Assembly: GCA_951406725.2 (NCBI GenBank)
Contig: OX597832.1
Location: 46,872,001-46,936,000 of the forward strand
Origin: Octopus vulgaris
Taxonomy: Eukaryota
Reading direction: 5' to 3'
DNA: 64,000 nt
Part shown: one piece after another, positions 44,115-58,067 of the stretch
Layout: each line of letters starts with the position of its first letter
How positions within the stretch are numbered: position 1 is the first letter of the stretch
Translations under genes and position numbers: made by a program
The notes under the pieces: model-generated
Told to the model about the DNA's origin: nothing
The model's input: the letters and a program-made list of their open reading frames with translations, nothing else
Databases searched by the model: none

Positions 44115-44595
44115 GTATAATATATATATATATATACACACACAGACGCGTGTTGGTATTTGTGAGTGTGTGTGTTTATTTGGAGTTATAGTATATGCTA
44201 CATATATCTGTCACGTAATGTCGTAAGATAATATCAAGATCACATTACGCCATTGTGAACGAGGGAACGTACGACATCGCGACTTTCTTCGACTTGAAGG
44301 ACCCACACAAAAGTAGTCTCCTTCATGGACGTTATCTGCTCAAATACAGTTATGGGTTTAAGAGATCGCCCATTGACAGAGTAGGTTTTTAAAAAGACAG
44401 ACCAGAAGCAAAAGAACTGAAAAACAAAAGACAACTAACAGCATGAGACTGTTGAAATAATCTAGGTCATGTGAAGGTCAACTCTATACCGGTTGGCTTT
44501 CTTAAGTGACATAAATCAAATCTTACTGAAATATGTATACATCTAATGACACATTGTGTAAGATATGTTGCTAAAATTACTGCTTTTTTAAAATA

Positions 44596-44648
<53 letters not shown>

Positions 44649-44777
44649 CGCTCTCTCTTACACACAGACACATAGGCGCATAAATACACACTTGCATACA
44701 CACACGCACCCTTTCTCTCTCACGTATAACCCACATACACAAATATAAAAGATTTGCATAAGCACGTATGTATCTAT

Positions 44778-45190
44778 ATATTTCTTTATTGCCCACAAGG
44801 GGCTAAACATAGAGGAGACAAACAAGGACAGACAAAGGGATTAAGTCGATTACATCGACCCCAGTGCGAAACTGGTACTTTTATTTATCGTCCCCGAAAG
44901 GATGAAAGGCAAAGTCTTCCTCGGCGGAATTTGAACTCAGAACGTAACGACAGACGAAATACCTATTTCTTTATTACCCACAAGGGGCTAAACACAGAGG
45001 GGACAAACAAGGACAGACAAAGGGGATTAAGTCGATTACATCCGACCCCAGTGTGAAACTGGTACTTAATTTATCGACCCCGATAGGATGAAAGGCAAAG
45101 TCGACCTCGGGGGAATTTGAACTCAGAACGTAACGACAGACGAAATACCACTAAGCATTTCGCCCGGCGCGCTAACGTTTCTGCCAGCTC
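44778..45190 (-). mobile_element. Head-to-tail tandem of two group B SINEs
   Basis: Units about 44778-44962 (5'-truncated) and 44963-45190. Confidence 0.9.
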
Positions 45191-45507
45191 ACATACACAT
45201 ATATGATATATTTGCATATGCACATATGTATCTATGTATACGTGCTGACGTATACCTCTACCTCTGTTACCCTACCTCTGCATGTTTATTATACTTGTTT
45301 TTAAGATGTCCTCACGGAAATAGGTTGAGTTTCAGATATACATAAAATATGACAGACAGACGGGGTCATAAATAACTGTTAATACAAATCGCATAGAGGT
45401 AGACACATATAAGCACACGTCACATGTAGACAGGCATATGCACAAGACACCACTAACGCGAACACACCTATTTAATATACAGTCACGCGTTGTATGAGTG
45501 CCTGTAG

Positions 45508-45567
<60 letters not shown>

Positions 45568-45759
45568 GTGTGTGTGCGTGTGTGTATGAGTACTATATCT
45601 CAATGAACGACGGGAAGTTTACTGCTGAAGTCTCGTTCCCGATTAGGCTATTTTCAAGCGATGACCTGTCGCCAATGAACACAGACAATATACATGTTTT
45701 CATATATATATATACATGCAAGCATCCACATGCATATGTCAATAATAAAAAATAAATAA

Positions 45760-45996
45760 ATGCGCCCTTTTTAAAGCCTAGCCAGGCTCATGGGCCTGGT
45801 TTCCCGGTTTCAATGGCGCATGTGTTCCCCCAGCTGGACGGGACGCCAGTCCATCGCAACGTTACTCATATTTGCCAGCCGAGTGGACTGGAGCAACGTG
45901 AAATAAAGTGTCTTGCTGAAGGACACAACGCACCACCGGGAATCGAACTCACGATGCTACCATCGCGAGCCGAATACCCTACCACTAAGCCACGCG
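45760..45996 (-). mobile_element. CORE-like SINE carrying the group A type-2 tail
   Basis: Minus strand: tRNA head, GTGTCCTTCAGCAAGACACTTTATTTCACGTTGCTCCAG, then the same tail as about 9417-9522. Confidence 0.88.
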
Positions 45997-46281
45997 AAGT
46001 CACATATCTAAATAGGAACTGCATTAAGGGAACAAAAATCTAAATAGGATCAGCACCTGCTACATTAAATTTTATCTTGCCTGCTGATAGTTTAGTCCCT
46101 TTCATTTCATGTTTTGAGGGAACCACATCATAGATATGGTACATTACGGTACATCCCCACCGCCGCAAAATTCTCCTGAAACAAATGTTATCGGCTTCGA
46201 ACGAATAAATATAATTTACTTAATGGTTTGAGTGCTCTTTCAGCCATTTCTACATCTAAACATGTGCGTGTGTGTTGCGCG

Positions 46282-46313
<32 letters not shown>

Positions 46314-46334
46314 TGTATGTATGTATGTATGTAT

Positions 46335-46468
46335 GTTTCTGACGAATATCTCCGCTCGAAACGTTAAATCCCCTTCTTTCCTTCCTTTCCTGAGCGTCCA
46401 ACAATTCTATACTTGTTCCACGTCCTCGCGCTGTTGTGTTTTCTCTTTGTGTTTTCATGTTTGGATTA

Positions 46469-46472
<4 letters not shown>
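46335..46472 (+). mobile_element. Family E element, hammerhead-like motif at 46335-46369
   Basis: GUUU-CUGACGA-AUAUC-UCC-GCUC-GAA-ACGU-U-AAAU; core canonical, stem II decayed. Confidence 0.7.
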
Positions 46473-46514
<42 letters not shown>

Positions 46515-46516
<2 letters not shown>

Positions 46517-46690
46517 GGTAATTTACAGAAAAAGAAAAGACGAAGACAGGTGTATAAACAACAAGCATGTGTATTAGTTTGACGCTCGAGAAGATGAGAA
46601 AGTCTTTTATGCTTCGAGCCTACGCTCTTCAACAGAAAGTAACACAAGGGAATAAACAGAGACGAGAATAAAAAAAAAAACTTGGAGTCA
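46515..46690 (-). mobile_element. Family D element, decayed hammerhead-like motif at about 46603-46639 (-)
   Basis: Core CUGUUGA, GAGC/GCUC stem. Confidence 0.7.
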
Positions 46691-47278
46691 GCGGTCAAGG
46701 TATATAGGTTTGGTAGTGCAAACAGGAAAAACAGGGCTCCAAATATTAGTATATGTATATTTTTATTAATATTTAGCAGAACCAGCAGTGACTCAACGGC
46801 CAAGAATTTTGTGCGTTAGCACTTATCAAACTTTGGTAAATGCCAAAGCATGTTACTCTCGGCCCTTGAATTGCTCTTTTGCATCTACCAAATATTAATG
46901 CATGAGTGTTAGTGCTTGCGCGCGTAATATTATATGATATCTGTTTCAATGATAAATTCCGATTAAGTCGAAGGAAGAAAGGCTGGGGTAAAGCAAAATG
47001 TCTACTCTTGAAATCGTTCAGAGTTATACATTATGTAACATGTGTGTGTGTAAGTGTGTGTGTGTATGGTGGGGTGTGTGCACATTTTGTGTGTGTTATA
47101 TATAATTAAAAGATATTCAAAGAAAGATTAGAGAGAGAGAAAAAAAAGGGCGGGAGGAAATATTGAGAGATGTATTGCAATGTAAGTTAATTAAAACACA
47201 GAAAGAAATAGATAGGAACAGACGGAGAAGCTAAAGATTTATAGAGAAAGAAACTACAAGATATAATAATTAGACTGA

Positions 47279-47316
<38 letters not shown>

Positions 47317-47336
47317 CAATCTAATTATTATTTCAA

Positions 47337-47382
<46 letters not shown>

Positions 47383-47401
47383 TATATGTATATATATATA
47401 C

Positions 47402-47432
<31 letters not shown>

Positions 47433-47536
47433 CATATATATATATTATATATATATACATATATGTATACATACATATATATTTATATCTGTATTGTAGT
47501 ATTAATTGTACATTGTTTCTTTATACTCACACACAC

Positions 47537-47859
<323 letters not shown>

Positions 47860-47938
47860 CTATACACTTACATTCTCTCTTAAAGCACTGTGTCTAAATA
47901 TCTATTTTGTTATAGAGAGAGTGTGTGGAGTTACACAA

Positions 47939-47991
<53 letters not shown>

Positions 47992-48476
47992 ATATATATA
48001 TTTACACAGATGCATATTAATATACATTTATATCTATTATACAACCATATATCTAGACTTCAAACATGGAAATACGGCGAATGTAATAATGAAAGTTCAA
48101 ACAAACATACATTGAGAAGCTAGGTATATGTATCTAAAATACATCAACAAAATACTGAGTAAACAAAATTACCATCCGATTACTATACATAAATATATAC
48201 ACACACACATATATATATATATGTGTTTGTGTGTGTGTGTGTATACAGAGAGAGAGAGGGAAAGAGAAAGGCGAGTATGGTCTGATGAGGGTATATACAA
48301 ACTGTCAGAAAAGGGAAATAAATTTAATTAACTCCATCGTTTGTTCGAGAATGAAAGAAATGAAAATCTAGTTGTTGAATAAAAACAAAAAAAAAACCGT
48401 CTTACCATACACACACATACACATATATAAGTATGGAAATATGTGTGAATGTACGTACGTATGCATGTATGCACAT

Positions 48477-48525
<49 letters not shown>

Positions 48526-48668
48526 CATGCGTGTGTGTATAAGTGTCTATACACATATATATGAATATATATATATATATATATACTTATACATTATATA
48601 TATACATATATACATACATATATACACACATATAATTATATATCTATTTATTTATCTATCTATACATC

Positions 48669-48700
<32 letters not shown>

Positions 48701-49000
48701 CAGCAAAGGCGCACGGACGCCATGATGTGGTTGTCTGGTCTCTTTGAACCAAAACAGTGAAACTTCAGATCGGCTCCCAGTTGGAAGAGTCTATTTTTTG
48801 TGATTAATGCTTTATATAATTTTTGTGAAAGACAATAATATTAGAAGTAAATTAAAATTGACATTTGCTCTCCCTGCCGAAGATTAACGCGCAAAATCAA
48901 CACAGCGACACATACACACGCCACAAGCGTATACTCACTCATGCATACGCATATACATATATCCATACATGGCTAATTGCACACATAGAAAAATAACATA

Positions 49001-49175
49001 CATGATGGTTGCCACTCGATTTCGAGCCATGGCATCGGTTAGTTGTTCTTCTAAACATGAACAGGACGAATGGGTCTTTTTAACCCTGCTCCAGACCAAC
49101 ATACTTTAGCACAAATATGACAAAGAACTGGCGCTTCTTGCAGCAGATTTTCCAGAAAGGTTACTTCTCGTGATA
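49001..49175 (-). pseudogene. RTE-like LINE 3' end remnant
   Basis: Minus strand reads FLENLLQEAPVLCHICAKVCWSGAGLKRPIRPVHV*, like the terminal CxxC..S..GL..H.R.H knuckle of RTE ORF2, followed by a short hairpin tail. Confidence 0.6.
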
Positions 49176-49196
49176 ACATATACATTTAAACCATCT

Positions 49197-49409
49197 GTTT
49201 ACTGTTTTACTGTTTTACTTGTTTCAGTCATTTGACTGCGGCCATGCTGGAGCACCGCCTTTAGTCGAGCAAATCGACCGCGGGACTTATTCTAGTAAGC
49301 CCAGTACTTATTCTATCGGTCTCTTTGGCCGAACCGCTAAGTGACGGGGACGTAAACACACCAGCATCGGTTGTCAAGCAATGCTAGGAGGACAAACACA
49401 GACACACAA

Positions 49410-49508
<99 letters not shown>

Positions 49509-49670
49509 CGACAGGCTTCTTTCAGTTTCCGTCTACCAAATCCACTTACAAGGCATTGGTCGGCCCTGGGCTATAGCAGAAGACACTTGCCCAAGGTGCC
49601 ACGCAGTGGGACTGAACCCGGAACCATGTGGTTGGTTAGCAAGCTACTTACCACACAGTCACCTCTGCGC
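49197..49670 (-). mobile_element. SINE group C, full length
   Basis: Group C sequence with expanded internal (TA)n. Confidence 0.93.
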
Positions 49671-50293
49671 CATCATAGAATTTCTTTCCGTGATGTGCTT
49701 TGCTTTTTCCGGTTGCAGCCACCCATAGTATTCAGAACATAGCAGAGATGTCAGCTGAGACTTCAGCAAAATCATGTGATGTCCGTTGACTTTCAAGTAT
49801 TCAAACAGAACAGTAATAGCAGCAATCACACGCGTTTGGACTCAACGAATAATTCACACGCACACACGCTCACACACACACAGGCACCCAGATACACACA
49901 CAAGAAGGTTGATTAACAACTACATCGGATATAATAGCATGCAGTATGTGTTCTGGTTACTCTTTTGAGCAGCAGATTTGGGGGGAATTTCTTCTTCTCT
50001 TTTTGTTTTGCTTCTTTTCCGGAAGAAAATGGTCTTGTCTAGTCTCGTCTGGTTTGGTCTAGTTGGAGCGGCAAGGGCTCCGTCATCATGTTAAATAATG
50101 TTAAAATCACATCATACCAACGCCTTATACACACACGTATGTATAGGCACAACCATGGTTGTTTGGCAAGTAGTTCGCTTTACAACCACATTGTCCCAGG
50201 TTCAGTGCCACTGCATGGTACCTTGGGCGTTGGGCCGACCAGATCATTTGAAGTGGATTTTATACACGAAAACTGAAAGAAGCCTGTCATATA

Positions 50294-50326
<33 letters not shown>

Positions 50327-50406
50327 CAAAGTGGAGTTGTAGGATATCGCACGAGTGGAATTATATACGAAAGAAGGTTTGAAAATGCAATTTAAAAGAT
50401 GTTTAT

Positions 50407-50451
50407 TTACTTTACCGGTTTCACTCTTTGGAAAAACATTGTCAAAAGTAA
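50407..50451 (-). ncRNA. Hammerhead motif, U3-A8 variant
   Basis: Minus strand: UUACUU-UUGACAA-...-GAA-ACCGGU-A-AAGUAA; stem II weakened. Confidence 0.6.
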
Positions 50452-50740
50452 CATGTAGAAGTTTGGTTGCGTTAATTATTGATTGTTACAAATTGCTACA
50501 TCACGTATATACAGTCTTTGGTAACAAGGACATGTTAAGGACATAAAAAAGTTCAACAAGTTCCTTAAAATATTGGGCATAAAAGATTACTACATAAAAA
50601 ATCTATCTTTTATGCCCAATATTTTAAGCAACTTGTTGAACTTTTTATGTCCTTAACATGTCTCTGTTACCAAAGACTGTATATATGTAATGTAGTAATT
50701 TGTAACAACCAATAATTAACGCAACCAAACACTCTACATG

Positions 50741-50785
50741 TTACTTTTGACAATCTTTTTCCAAAGAGTGAAACCGGTAAAGTAA
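50741..50785 (+). ncRNA. Hammerhead motif, U3-A8 variant
   Basis: UUACUU-UUGACAA-U-CUUUU-UCCA-AAGAG-U-GAA-ACCGGU-A-AAGUAA. Confidence 0.7.
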
Positions 50786-51024
50786 ATAAACATCTTTTAA
50801 ATTGCATTTTCAAACCTTCTTTCGTATATATGTATATATATATGTGTGTACGTGTGTGTATGTTTGTATGTGTGTGAATGTGTCTGTGCATTTTAGTACG
50901 TATAGAATAAGTACTAGGCTTAAAAAATAAGTCCTGCAGTCGAACTGATTGACTCAGAGGCGGTGGTCCAGCATGGTCGCAGTCAATCAAATGACTGAAA
51001 CCAGTAAAATAATAAAAGAATATA

Positions 51025-51260
51025 TATGCATACCGGCCTCCCTCTCCACGCCCCAGATGTTATCCAAGCGAAAGTCAAGGACCGATAGAACTTGGCACCT
51101 GTGGCATTGCAACTCATTTCTACAGCTGAGTGAGCTGGAGCAACGTGAAATAAAGTGTTTTGCTCAAGAACACAACCCACAGCCCGGCCCGGGATTCGAA
51201 CTCACAACCTCACGATCGTAAGCTCGACGCTCTAACAACCACTGAGCCATACGCCTTCAC
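51025..51260 (-). mobile_element. CORE-like SINE with a different tail
   Basis: Minus strand: TGGCTCAGTGG...GTTCGAATCCC...TTCTTGAGCAAAACACTTTATTTCACGTTGCTCCAGCTCACTCAGCTGTAGAAATGAG. Confidence 0.85.
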
Positions 51261-52505
51261 ATATACATAAATACATATGTACATTCTATTCTTCTGTACA
51301 ACCATGTCTTTCTATACATTATAGATGAATCTCTACATATAACACTTAGTAAATATTCACCTATATACATGTTTGTATACTTGAATGTTTACGAATCTGT
51401 GTTTTATGTGCATGCATTTATGTATGTGTTTGTGTTAAATAACGGTTTTAGATTTATGTGTCTGATTGGCAATGTGTATGACTGTGTGTCTGTGTATCAG
51501 TACACATTATTAAAACCCGCGGTGTCTATTTGATGTTTAATTAAAATACGTCGGAGATACGTTTATTTGCTATCAAGTTTATTTGACGTTGACTCTATAA
51601 ATTTAGTACGTTGGTCTCGTACTTAATTCAGCGCCTGGAAGCACCCGTCGTATATCATTTATCTGTGATTCGTTGTTGATACGATACCTTTGAAGCTGAA
51701 GTTATATCTCTCGTAGGATAACTAAATTAAAATGGCGACGATATACGAGGTGTTGTTTTTTACTATATCTTTATAAAGAGAACTTCACTCTAATTTCGTA
51801 ACTGAATATTCGAGATAACATGAGCTATATGTTCTCTGTGGGATATAATGATCTAATTTAAATAGGCGGAAGCGTGTGGGGGGAATATTGAGCAGAAAAT
51901 AAAATATAGACAACAGACATTCCTATAAAGATATACGATTTATATACTGCTATATCCAAACTATTCGCCAAATATCTATGAACAAGAGCAAAACTTCAAC
52001 CCACACAGGTCGTTATAACGGTTTCGATAATCGTCAAAATGTCTTTTTTCTCTGAAATAATACAGCTAAGTTATCGAAAAAAAATGAAGAAAAGAACCAA
52101 ACGTTCGATCTTCTATATTGAAACTGTACCTCACGGTCTACATGTGATTCATTAGCACTTACATAGGTGTTCATTTTAATGTTGTAAATACGAATTAAAT
52201 ACAGATATAAAAATGTTTTAATCTTTGTTGTTATTCACCTGTTGTGTAGGTAAAACTACTTTCTATTTAAGTATACAATTAATTGAGCACACGAGATAAT
52301 ATTTATATTATTGACCAAACTATTAGAAATAACAGCCATATCGTACCCTCCTATCTTAAAGAAAATAGTATACATTAGATAATGTTGTCCTTCATAGATA
52401 AACGGCTATATATATCACCGTCACCGTGACCGACCAGATGTTGCTACACATCGATGGTCACAATGCGCTTCACATTGTTTTAGCCTTCAAATGGCACCAC
52501 CCCGC

Positions 52506-52552
<47 letters not shown>

Positions 52553-53077
52553 CATGGTTATTCAAAAGAAAGAGCAGATTTCAGATTTATTGTTAAAACA
52601 AACTGTAAGAGAGGTAAACACATTCTATATATTTATTAATAGGGGAAGGTTTAAAGTTTATAGCTGAACATGATCAATTGAATTAAGCTTTAAATAAAAT
52701 AATATTTTTATTTTGTTTTAATGTTTCATTTCGTTAATTTTATTTAAAGTTGTATAACTTTCATATATGTAATACCTTAGAAAATGGCGCTGCAGTTTGA
52801 GAAATGCGAATCGATTGTGCAAGTGCAACGTAAATTTCGTCGCCAATTCAATAAGAATCCATCTCGTCACAAGCAAATTTATGAATGGCATAAAGATATC
52901 ACGGAAAAAGCTTTCGATGTTTGTCAAGCAACACATAGTGTTCATATTGAGTGCATACTACCTTAGAATAAACTTTAAACTTTCCCCTATCAAGATATAT
53001 GTAAAATGTGTTTGTGTCTCTTACCGTTTGTTTTAAAATTGAATTTAAAATCTGCTCTTTCTTTTTCAAAAACCCTG
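52553..53077 (+). mobile_element. Internally deleted Tc1/mariner element with long TIRs
   Basis: ~110-bp imperfect TIRs, TA flanks; internal ORF 52784-52966 (SIVQVQRKFRRQF...IYEWHK) resembles a DUF4817-type transposase N-terminal HTH. Confidence 0.8.
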
Positions 53078-53084
53078 TATATAT

Positions 53085-53230
53085 GACCGGCGTTCACACA
53101 GTTTCCGTCTAGCAAATTAACTTTCCAAGCATTGATCGGACCAGGTATATAGCTGAAGAGACTTACTAACCGTGCCGCACAGTGAGACTGATGCTGACAC
53201 TAGATGGTTACTAAGTAACCTTCTTAACCA
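53085..53230 (-). mobile_element. Diverged SINE group C, 5' half
   Basis: CAGTTTCCGTCTAGCAAAT...GTGCCGCACAGTGAGACTGA. Confidence 0.6.
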
Positions 53231-54017
53231 GTTTTAGATAAATGTTTACAACTAATTATTACATAGGCTGACATCGCTGTGAGACTCTATTTTTTTTTTC
53301 AAAGTATATATCTTGTCACATAAAAGCTATACTGCTGATTCACTTGTCAGTGGTCCACCATCATTGGCGTAAGCACTTTTAGGGGAGTAAATAAAATATT
53401 TCCAACCTATAGGAGAGTCAAAATTCTTGATACAAATACCATTCTTTCAGGACTTTACCAAATATGCTAAGGCACCCCTGTTCTTGAATTTACAAAATAG
53501 TTCCAAAAGAAAGAAGGAAAACAAAACAAGAAAAAAATAACGATGAGTAAATAATTAAATAAATATATAAATGAGTCGAATCCGTGTTCAAACTATTTCT
53601 GTTCTTGTACGTATGTACATGCGATCAAGTATTCTCTTTTACTAACAAGCCGTTTATTCTGGTTTTCATTGCAGGCTAGAGTTTTATAATATGTATTTAA
53701 AGCCTTGGCTTTCAATTGTTTTATAGCCAATATAGAAAGGAGAAAAAAAAATCTAAAGTGGGATGGTAATGAAAGACTTTTGACATTGACCACCAGTAGC
53801 TAGACTTCGTGACACGATTACAAGGAACACTAACAAATACCACCACCACCACCGCCACCAGACAATACTCTTATCATCATCATCATCATCATTATCAGCA
53901 TCGGCTTCGACAAACATATTATCGACCAAGCCAATAAAAACTCAAACACACTCCTCAACCAATTCCACAGCTATTACCGCAACCACCACTTATTGACAGA
54001 AACAAAGAATGAGAAAC

Positions 54018-54052
<35 letters not shown>

Positions 54053-54719
54053 CAGAGTGAGAGAGATTGCCCACTTATGGCGAAAACTTAGAGCCATTAG
54101 ATAATTAGTTTAACATACGTGTCTTGATTCCATTATATCAAATTAAGTACTTAAAAATCGCAGTACTGCCAGGTGAAAGTCTCCCCTCCTCTGCTATATA
54201 TTTACCTATTATTTTACATGAGATCACGTTAATAGTTTCTCAGTTCTCGTAAACTTGTTCTGTTTTGCATTCTTCCTACTTCCCACTCTTACCTCCATTT
54301 TCTTCTCACCTGTTTCTCTCTACAGCCGCCATTTTTCTTTCTTTTTGTTTTCGTGTCTTGCTGTCTTTCTTAATATCTGCTGTCTTCCTTGTGCTTCCTC
54401 TTGTTTCTATCGTGCTTTACCTTGATCAGTCTAATTACAACCTACGATTAACTTGTCCAACATATTTTCATTACTATTTTTATTACCGAAATTGCTTTCC
54501 AAGTTCGTTTCATTCTGGGTTCATTTTACGTGCGTTTTATTTATTTTTTTTTTCCTAACTCATATACGCAAATGGTTGATACACATGCTTTTAAATAGAG
54601 AGAGAGAAAGAGAGAAAGAGAGAGAGAGAGAGAGATACATAAACCAGATATATATGTGCGTAAAAACAGTCACGCACGTACACACGCTGATTTGTACACA
54701 CACACAAACACACACATAT

Positions 54720-54985
54720 ATATATATACATGTATGTATGTATATATATATATATACATATATGTATATATATATATGTATAGGTATATATACATATATG
54801 TATATATATATACATATATGTATATATGTATATATATACATATATGTATGTATATATATATATACATATATGTATATATATATACATATATGTATATATG
54901 TATATATATATACATATATGTATGTATATATATATATACATATATGTATATATATACATATATGTATGTATATATATATATATAC

Positions 54986-55020
<35 letters not shown>

Positions 55021-55034
55021 TACATATATGTATG

Positions 55035-55072
<38 letters not shown>

Positions 55073-55075
55073 TAC
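54720..55075. repeat. Minisatellite of (TA)n-CATATATG units
   Basis: TATATATACATATATGTA unit repeated. Confidence 0.85.
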
Positions 55076-55237
55076 GCGGAAAGTTGAGTAATTGTCTTCT
55101 ACTATAGCCCGGAGTTGTCCAGTGGCTTGTGAGTGAATTTCATAGGTGGAAACTGTGTTGAAGCCCATCGTAATAACTCTAAAAATACGCCTCTTCCTGT
55201 AGTTCTGTAGCATGTGTATAAATACACACACACGTAC

Positions 55238-55297
<60 letters not shown>

Positions 55298-55300
<3 letters not shown>

Positions 55301-55600
55301 TGTTCCTTCACGAGCCACGTCTGACTCATTAGGGCCGCTTTCCCGGTTTCCTTGGCGTATAGGTTCCCCACCTGGACGGGACGCCGGTTCGTCGCAGATG
55401 AGCTGCAAGATGCAGGAGGAAAGAGTGAGAGAAAGTTGTGGCGAAAGAGTCAGCAGAAGTTCGCCATTACCTTCTGCCGGAGCCGCGTGGAGCTATAGGT
55501 GTTTTGCTCATAAACATACACATCGCTCGGTCTGAGATTCGAACCGGCGATCCCTCGACTGCGAGTCCGCTGCTCTAACCACTAGGCCATAAGCCTCCAC
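55298..55600 (-). mobile_element. SINE group A variant, tail related to type 2
   Basis: Minus strand head TGGCCTAGTGGTTAGAGCAGCGGACTCGC...GGTTCGAATCTC; tail ends GAGTCAGACGTGGCTCGTGAAGGAACAAAC. Confidence 0.88.
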
Positions 55601-55777
55601 ATACACACACACAGACACACACACACACACACACACATTTATATATATATATATAACGGTGCCACAGCATGGCCGCAGTTTGACTACTGAAACTAGTAAA
55701 AATAAATATATATATATATATAAAGGCACACATAATATTCCTAAATACATACACTCACACACATGTATTTATGTCTG

Positions 55778-56027
55778 TGTATGTACGTACGTATGTATGT
55801 ATGTATATACGTATGTATGTATGTATGTATGTATGTATGTATGTATGTATGTATGTACGTATGTATGTATGTATGTATGTATGTATGTTTGTATGTATGT
55901 ATGTATGTATGTATGTATGTTTGTATGTATGTATGTATGTATGTATGTATGTATGTACGTATGTATGTATGTATGTATGTATGTATGTATGTATGTACGT
56001 ATGTACGTATGTATGTATGTATGTATG

Positions 56028-56056
<29 letters not shown>
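55778..56056. repeat. (TATG)n microsatellite
   Basis: Direct run. Confidence 0.95.
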
Positions 56057-56059
<3 letters not shown>

Positions 56060-56452
56060 GACGTTGTCATGAGGTGAGATGAGATTTTCCTGAGGAGGAG
56101 GTTTTCGTAAAAGCTACTTTGCATATATCTCCCATGTGCAATATCCTGTACGAACCTCAGTAGTAAGACGCGTGTTTGCGTGTGCGTGGCTGTGCAATTG
56201 TGCAACCGGCACCCAGCGGATTTATTCTCCCGTCGCAACGCTAGATTCAAGGGATGTCTTCTGACAACAGTCATTAAGAAGTGTTTACAAAGTCCCTCGC
56301 AATCGTAAACACACTACACCTTCTTTCTCTGTTTCTCCTCTGCGCGTGCTGGTGGGAGGCGGTGGGAGTTCCGCATGCATTTACAAGTGCGCATGCTGAC
56401 ACAGATACACACAGGCACAAACGTAGCCTCGCTTCCCTATACACTTACACAA

Positions 56453-56489
<37 letters not shown>

Positions 56490-57376
56490 CATATATATGC
56501 ATATATACATATCAAAATATATATACATATATATATATGTATATATATATATATATGTATATATATATGCAATAATTTGAGCAACTTGTTGCATTTAACC
56601 CTTAATTATAATTATTATGTATATATATATGTATATATATATGTGTATATATATATGTGTATACATATATGTGTATATATATATATGTGTATATATATAT
56701 GTATATGTATGTATATATATGTATGTATGTATATGTATGTATGTATATGTATGTATTTATATGTATGTATATGTATGTATGTATATGTATGTATATGTAT
56801 GTATATGTATGTGTATATATATGTATATATGTATGTGTGTATATATATGTATATATATGTATGTAGGTGTGTATATATATATACACTCTCACACACACAC
56901 GTATATATACAATGCATATTTGCTCGCACGTGGTTTTGTTCCTTTTATCTTCTTCTTTGTATCGCTCATGTGACATGTCAGTTTCCGTTCTCCCACTGTT
57001 TTGCATCAGTTCCTTAATGAATAGATGCGACAGGATGTTGCACCCCCACCCCACCCCACCCCACCCCACACTCTCCTATTTGGGAGTGTGAACTAATTGT
57101 TTGTTATTGTACTTAAAGATCACAGATCACGGTTTCGAATTCCTTTAGAAATTTCATGTTGTATATTGTAATTATGAAACGAGTGATTTGCATATCAATC
57201 ATTAAGAAACAGTAATGAGATAATTGAAAGTGTCACGTGGGTCAGATAGTGCAGGAAAAGGAATCTTAAAAGAAGAAAGGAGAGGGAGCGCGTGATTGTG
57301 TGTTGTGCGTGAGTGTGTTTGTTAATATCCTTCGAAGTGTGTCAGCAAGTCAAGACTACTTTTTATCAAGAATATA

Positions 57377-57609
57377 TATTTCATTACTACCCACAAGGGG
57401 CTAAACATAGAGGGGACAAACAAGGACAGACAAAGTGATTAAGTCGATTACATCGATCCCAGTGCGAAACTGGTACCTTATTTATAGACCCCGAAAGGAT
57501 GAAAGGCAAAGTCGACCTCGGCGGAATTTGAACTCAGAACGTAGCGGCAGACGAAATACTGCTAAGCATTTCGCCCGGCGTGCTAACGTTTCTGCCAGCT
57601 CGCCGCCGG
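57377..57609 (-). mobile_element. SINE group B, full length
   Basis: 16-bp TSD TTTTATCAAGAATATA at 57361-57376 and 57610-57625. Confidence 0.93.
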
Positions 57610-58067
57610 TTTTATCAAGAATATAGTCTGCAAATTGTGTCCCCGTAGAAGCTACTCCAGAGCAGATAACTGAGTCTGACTCGTACATGTAAGTAATAGG
57701 ACTCATGCGTTGAAGGAACTCACGTGTGATACACATGTAGCATCCGTGCTGCCAGAATCGTTAGAATATCAGTTGACCCTTGGGTGATTGGAACCGGTGC
57801 AATCGACTACCCCATTGTCTATAAGTTGTTGACCATGAGCCAAAATTTAAAACCATCTTAGGAGCTAGGAATAAAAATGATCAAAATAAATACCCTTCAA
57901 AAAGCAAGTTGATCATGAAAGTAGGTCTGCTGGAAATCTTGCTATTTATATAACTCCAGCCTTGGACAATGTAAGGAATAAGGACTTATAACTTGTTTGC
58001 CAGTAACCTTGTTGCGTTAAACAATCTTGGAGCGATCAAATACAAGTCGCAATCTTCTTAGAAACGC

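Larger units (their letters stand above)
50362..50830. mobile_element. Long inverted-repeat element (~225-bp arms) resembling inverted Penelope pLTRs
   Basis: Arms about 50362-50587 / 50606-50830, similar but not identical; each carries a hammerhead motif followed by AATAAA. Confidence 0.8.
50145..51020 (+). mobile_element. Diverged SINE group C, apparently interrupted by the inverted-repeat element
   Basis: 5' half at 50145-50290 and 3' part at 50895-51020 flank the insert. Confidence 0.65.

Noticed and set aside
48281-48315. CTGATGAG motif
   Set aside because: No stem II or properly placed GAAA; chance match
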